DNA of 20,828 bases, taken from assembly GCA_041496385.1 (NCBI GenBank), contig JBGQEL010000073.1, forward strand, positions 1 to 20,828, given 5' to 3'. Every line of letters begins with the position of its first letter. The stretch's first letter is position 1. Below the pieces are notes generated by a model, which worked only from the letters and a program-made list of their open reading frames with translations, did not search any database and had not been told where the DNA came from. Below are positions 15,740-20,828 of the stretch, in pieces. Made by a program: the position numbers and the translations under genes. Source of the stretch: Candidatus Methylomirabilia bacterium (GTDB lineage Bacteria > Methylomirabilota > Methylomirabilia > Rokubacteriales > CSP1-6).

Positions 15740-17254
15740 CTAGAAGAGATGCTTTTGGATCTTGCCCACCGAGGTGCGCGGGAACGCGTCGCGGAACTCC
15801 ACGACCTCCGGCACCTTGAAGCCGGACAGTCGCGTCCGGCACCAGGCGACGAGCTCGTCGCGCGTCGCGGCGGTGCCGTCCTTCAGAATGACGTACGCCT
15901 TGATGGCCTGGTCGCGGACGGGATCGGGGACGCCGACCACGGCGGCGTCGAAGACCGCCGGGTGTTGCTTCAGGGTCTCCTCCACCTCCGAGGCGGACAC
16001 GTTCTCGCCGGCGCGCTTGATCATGTCCTTCTTCCGGTCCACGAAGAAGAAGCAGCCGTCCTCGTCCATGAAGGCCTGGTCCCCGCTGTGGAGCCACCCG
16101 TCGCGCAGGGTGTCGGCCGTGGCCGTGGGGTTCTTGAAGTAGCCCTTCATGAGGGTGACGCCGGGCACCCCTGATACGACCAATTCGCCGACGGTGCCCG
16201 GCGGCACCTCCTTGCCGCTCTCGTCCACCACCTTGCACTCGTAGCCGAGCACGGGCATGCCCATGGAGAGCGGCTTGCGCGGCAGATCCAGCGGCTGCAT
16301 GAGCGGAAGGCTCATGGTCTCCGTCATGCCCCAGATCTGCATGAGCGGCGCGCGGAAGCGCGCGTGCCACTCCTCGAACTGCTGCGGGGTGACGTTCTGG
16401 GCGTAGGAGACGGCGCGGAGCCGCGTCCCGCCGTCGGCGGCGCCGCGCGGCTGGGCCAGCAGCATGCGAATGGGTGCGGCGAAGAGCGCCGCGAGCGTGA
16501 CCTCGTGGCGGGTGGCCTGCTCGACGAAGCGCGTCGCGCTGAAGCGCTCCATGAGGGCCACGCTGCCGCCTGCCAGCAGCATGGGCAGGAAAGCGTGGAG
16601 CTGCGCCCCCGCATGAAACAGCGGCAGCACGATGAGGTGACGGTCGTCGGGTCCGACGCGCATGGCCTTGGCCATGACCTCGCCGCCGTAGACGTAGTTG
16701 GCGTGGGTCAGCAGCACACCCTTGGGCTTGGAAGTCGTGCCCGAGGTGTACTGCATCGAGATCTCGTCGAGCGGGGCGACGTGCGCGTCGGGCGCGGTCG
16801 CGGGCAGCCCCGTCACGAGCGGATCGAGCGGACGGCACTCGATGACGTCGCGGAGGGCGGGGCAGCGCGAGCGGGCCGCGTGCACGGGCGCCGCGTACTG
16901 GGGCTCGGTGATGGCCACGCGCGCTTCGGAGTGCCCGAGGATGTACTCCATCTCGTCCGCCGTGGAGACGGGGTTGGTGGGCACCATGACGGCGCCGATC
17001 TTGGCGGCCGCCATCCAGAAGAGGAGGAACTCGGGGCAGTTGCCGAGGTGGAGGTTGAACTTGTCGCCGTGCCCGAGGCCGCGCGCCAGGAGTAGATGGG
17101 CCGCGCGGTTCACCGCCTCGTCGAACCGACGCCAGGTCCACGGGCCCTGCCGCCCGCCCGCGGCGTCTTCGAAGACGAGGAACGGGCGGTCGGGGAAGCG
17201 GCGCGCCTTGTCCTCGAGCGCGCCCCTGAGCGTGCGATTGCCCGTGATCAGCAT
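15740..17254 (-). CDS. ATP-dependent acyl-CoA ligase, crotonobetaine/carnitine-CoA ligase (CaiC)-like, 504 aa
   Basis: Adenylation motifs YTSGTTSKPKG, WGMTE, SGD, DRKKDMIKRAGENV and GKIQK. The N-terminus (GDKFNLHLGNCPEFLLFWMAAAKIGAVMVP) closely resembles CaiC as I recall it. ATG 17254 has a GGGAG RBS; the ORF-track start at 17344 overlaps the upstream gene. Confidence 0.88.
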   Translation of the reverse strand: MLITGNRTLRGALEDKARRFPDRPFLVFEDAAGGRQGPWTWRRFDEAVNRAAHLLLARGLGHGDKFNLHLGNCPEFLLFWMAAAKIGAVMVPTNPVSTADEMEYILGHSEARVAITEPQYAAPVHAARSRCPALRDVIECRPLDPLVTGLPATAPDAHVAPLDEISMQYTSGTTSKPKGVLLTHANYVYGGEVMAKAMRVGPDDRHLIVLPLFHAGAQLHAFLPMLLAGGSVALMERFSATRFVEQATRHEVTLAALFAAPIRMLLAQPRGAADGGTRLRAVSYAQNVTPQQFEEWHARFRAPLMQIWGMTETMSLPLMQPLDLPRKPLSMGMPVLGYECKVVDESGKEVPPGTVGELVVSGVPGVTLMKGYFKNPTATADTLRDGWLHSGDQAFMDEDGCFFFVDRKKDMIKRAGENVSASEVEETLKQHPAVFDAAVVGVPDPVRDQAIKAYVILKDGTAATRDELVAWCRTRLSGFKVPEVVEFRDAFPRTSVGKIQKHLF

Positions 17255-17270
17255 CGCCGTCTCCCGCCCC

Positions 17271-19056
17271 TCACAGCCCGAACCTCGCGCGCGCGGCCGG
17301 CGGCAACGCCGCCGCCTCGAGGCCGTCCGCTGCCCCCTGGACATCGCCCGTCACCGCCGCCAGCTGGAGCGCGGCGAAGGCCGGGTGCGCCACGCCCACG
17401 TCGGTGAACCAGTAGAGCGGGACGCCCTGGCTCACGAGCCGGCGCTGGAAGTCTCGACGCAGCTTCGTGTCGGCGTGGATCGCGGCGGGATCGCGCCCGC
17501 GTTCCAGCGCGAAGGCGGCCAGCGCGCCCGCCGCCTCGCCGGTGTTCCACTCGACGGGATGGAGGCGATAGCAGCCGTTGGTGATGTGGGTCGTGCCGAG
17601 GTTCTTGGCGCCGGCGAGGAGGTTCTTGACCCTCACGGGGATGAGCGCGCCGAGCGGGATCTGGAAGGGCCGGGTCCGGCAGGACACGCCCACGTCGTCG
17701 GCGCCCGAGTTGTGTATGTCGATCGGATACCAGCCGACGCCGACCGAGTCCTCGAAGTGCCGGGCCCTCGCCCCGCGCTGGTACTCGGCGGAGACCTCCT
17801 GCTCGACGATCGTCTTGAGGGCCCGGATGCGCCGGCACTCCCGTATATAAGGATGCTTGCCGAGGGCGTCGTCGGTGGCGAAGACGTCGGGCCGCGGCTC
17901 GAGCTCGGGGAATCCCGGCGCGGCGCCGGGCCGCGGCGCCTCGGTCTGGAGCCAGTGGAGGAAGCCCAGGCTCACGCGCTTGGCGTCCTGGAGCGCCCGC
18001 GCCTGCTCGAGATGCCCACGGTCGAGGATGCTCTGGTCGCGGTAGTCGTTGCCGGGCCAGTTGAGCATGCTGATGTCGCTGGCGTAGCCGCCGCCGGACG
18101 GGAAGAGGCTCCCGTCGATGAGGCGGCGATACGTCCAGAGCCCGCCCTTGGTGCCGGGAGCCTGCTCGAGAACCTGATATTCGAGCCAGCGCGTCTCCTC
18201 GCCATAGATCTCGCCGCCATGGACGTGGATGCGCAGCGAGTAGGGCTGGCCGTCGCGGTAGTGCTCGTAGCGCTCGGGCTTCGGCATCACGTGCGCGCCA
18301 TCTCGCCCGGTGCGCCCGAGGACGAAGGTATACGTGAAGCTCTGAACGCAGTGGGGCTTGGGCTCGAGCGGTTGGGCGTGGGGCTCGTTCGTCTCGGCCT
18401 TCGTCTCCGCGCCGACCACGTACTCAGCCCCAACCATGGGCAGCAGGTCCCCGAGCTCGGTGGCGTCGACGACGATCCGGGCGCGGATGCGCACCCAGCG
18501 CCGCTCATCCAGGTCGACCGCGAGCACGCTCTCGACGCGGTCCGCCTTGGTCTGGGCGCTCGCGACCTTGGTGCGCGTCAGGATGGCGAGCCGCCCCGAC
18601 TCCACGAAGGGCCGCGCCATGGCGTGCAGCGCGTCGACCGCCACGCGCGGCTCGAAGGCCAGCCGCGTGACCCAGCAGCGGCCCGGGTTGGGGTGCGGTT
18701 GCGCGGCGAGGTCAGGGGAGAGCCGGCGGTAGTGATCGCGGATCGCTTCACGCAGGGCGTAGTAGCTCCGTGTCCCGCCGAACCGCTCGATGTGCTCGTG
18801 CTCGTCGAGCGCCGAGACGCCCTGCGCCGTGAGCTGGCCGCCGATCCAGTCCGTTTCTTCGAGCAAGCACACACGCCGATTTGCGCGTGCCGCCGCCAGC
18901 GCCGCCGCGACGCCGCCCGTCCCGCCTCCCACGACGAGGACGTCGCAGGTCTTTTCATCGACGCTCGAGCCCGGCTGGCCGCAGTCCACGACGGCCGCGG
19001 CGGGATCGCCGGTCGCCCGCACCGCCATCACGTCGAGCAGCGTCGCCACGGTCTGC

Positions 19057-19064
<8 letters not shown>
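17271..19064 (-). CDS. FAD-dependent oxidoreductase (FAD_oxidored-like family), substrate unknown, 597 aa
   Basis: Rossmann motif DVLVVGGGTGGVAAALAAAR...LLEETDWIGGQLT, plus DATELGDL, PYIRECRRI, YPIDIH, PFQIPLGALIP and YRLHPVEWNTGEAAG. The GTG start overlaps the livF stop by 8 nt. Confidence 0.88.
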
Positions 19065-19747
<683 letters not shown>

Positions 19748-19761
<14 letters not shown>

Positions 19762-20521
19762 GGCCCGCTCCGAGGTATGCCTCGATCACCGCCGGCTCGT
19801 TCAGGACCTGCTCGGGCGGCCCCTCCGCGATCTTCTGACCGTAGTTGAGCGCGATGACCCGGTCGGCCAGGCCGCGGAGGAAGCCGATCTTGTGGTCGAC
19901 CAGGCAGAGCGTCGTGCCGGCGGCGTGGACCTTGTCGAGCACGGCCTCGAGGTTGCGGATCTCGTCGCGCCCGAGGCCGGAGGCCGGCTCGTCGAGGAGC
20001 AGGAGCTCCGGCTCGCACATGAGGGCCATGGCGAGGCCGAGCATCTTCTCCTCGCCGTAGGAGAGGTTGCCCGCGAGCTGGTCGGCGGCGCCACCGAGGT
20101 TGCAGAGTGCCAGCACCTCGCCCGCGCGCCCGGCCAGGCGGCGTTCGACCCCGCGCGCGGCGCCGATGATCTCGAGTCCGCGGCGCAGGCCGAGCGCGCG
20201 CTTGAGCGCCAGGTGGCTCGCCACGCGGACATTGTCGAACACGCTCAGCTCGGCGAATACCTGTGGATTCTGAAAGGTCTTGACCACGCCCAGGCCGGCG
20301 ATGATGTCGGGGCGCACCTCCTGGATCTCGCGGCCCTTCCATAGCACCTGGCCCGACGTGGGCGACAGCAGGCCCGCCATCATGCTCAGGAGCGTCGTCT
20401 TGCCCGAGCCGTTCGGGCCGATGATGCCGACGATCTCGCGGGGCTCGACGTGGAAGGACACGCCGGCAACCGCGACGAGGCCGGCGAAGTGCTTGCTGAG
20501 GCCGCGCACCTCAAGCGCCAC
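19748..20521 (-). CDS. livG: ABC transporter ATP-binding protein (LivG family), 257 aa
   Basis: Motifs LSKHFAGLVAV, GPNGSGKTT, KTFQ, LSYGEEK, LLLLDEPASG and AYLG. Confidence 0.94.
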
Positions 20522-20828
20522 GCTTCGACCTCCACGCGGTGAGCGTGCCGACGATGCCGCGCGGCATCACGAGGATGGTGAAGATCAGGATCGCGCCGTA
20601 GAGGATGGCGCGCAGCTCGGCGCGGAGATCGATGGCGTGCGGCAGCCCCGTCAGCACGAGCGAGCCCACGATCGGCCCGATGAGCGTGCCCTGACCCCCC
20701 AGCAGCACCATGGCCAGGACCTCCATGGACTGGTTGATGCCGAGATAGCCCGGGTCGATGTAGCCGGTGTAGTAGCCGTAGAGGCCGCCCGCGAAGGAGG
20801 CGAGCGCGTTCCCGACGGCGAAGGAGAG
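20511..20828 (-). CDS. livM: C-terminal part (truncated by window edge) of a LivM-family ABC permease
   Basis: Open from the window end: LSFAVGNALASFAGGLYGYYTGYIDPGYLGINQSMEVLAMVLLGGQGTLIGPIVG...LYGAILIFTILVMPRGIVG. Overlaps the livG start. Confidence 0.88.
   Translation of the reverse strand, partial: LSFAVGNALASFAGGLYGYYTGYIDPGYLGINQSMEVLAMVLLGGQGTLIGPIVGSLVLTGLPHAIDLRAELRAILYGAILIFTILVMPRGIVGTLTAWRSKRGA

Overview
High-GC bacterial DNA, densely coding, with no rRNA, tRNA, CRISPR or transposase/integrase recognisable. The gene style recalls Ca. Rokubacteria-type soil bacteria, which is only an impression. Three blocks are visible. (1) 1-8988 (+): a tightly coupled uptake/catabolic cluster with the end of a substrate-binding protein gene, a Liv-type ABC transporter (livH/M/G/F), an amidase-signature enzyme, a TRAP transporter (dctP/Q/M), an isocitrate lyase/PEP mutase-family gene with a large in-frame internal deletion, and an SMP-30/gluconolactonase. 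(2) 9097-14668 (+): two exported-protein genes that look more AT-rich at third codon positions. One is a 1388-aa protein with an N-terminal lipase-like alpha/beta hydrolase, a stalk of Cys-rich InlB-B-like repeats and other beta-sandwich domains, and a C-terminal triple [YF]TD...LRxA repeat. The other is a monoheme cytochrome c fused to a Vgb-like 7-bladed beta-propeller. (3) 14689-20828 (-): a convergent operon with a second Liv-type ABC transporter, an FAD-dependent oxidoreductase, a CaiC-like CoA ligase and a stand-alone MetE catalytic-domain Zn enzyme. The best candidates for undescribed biology are the two exported proteins, the putative C-terminal anchor module and the FAD/CaiC/MetE-like operon. 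All calls come from motif reading, not database searches.
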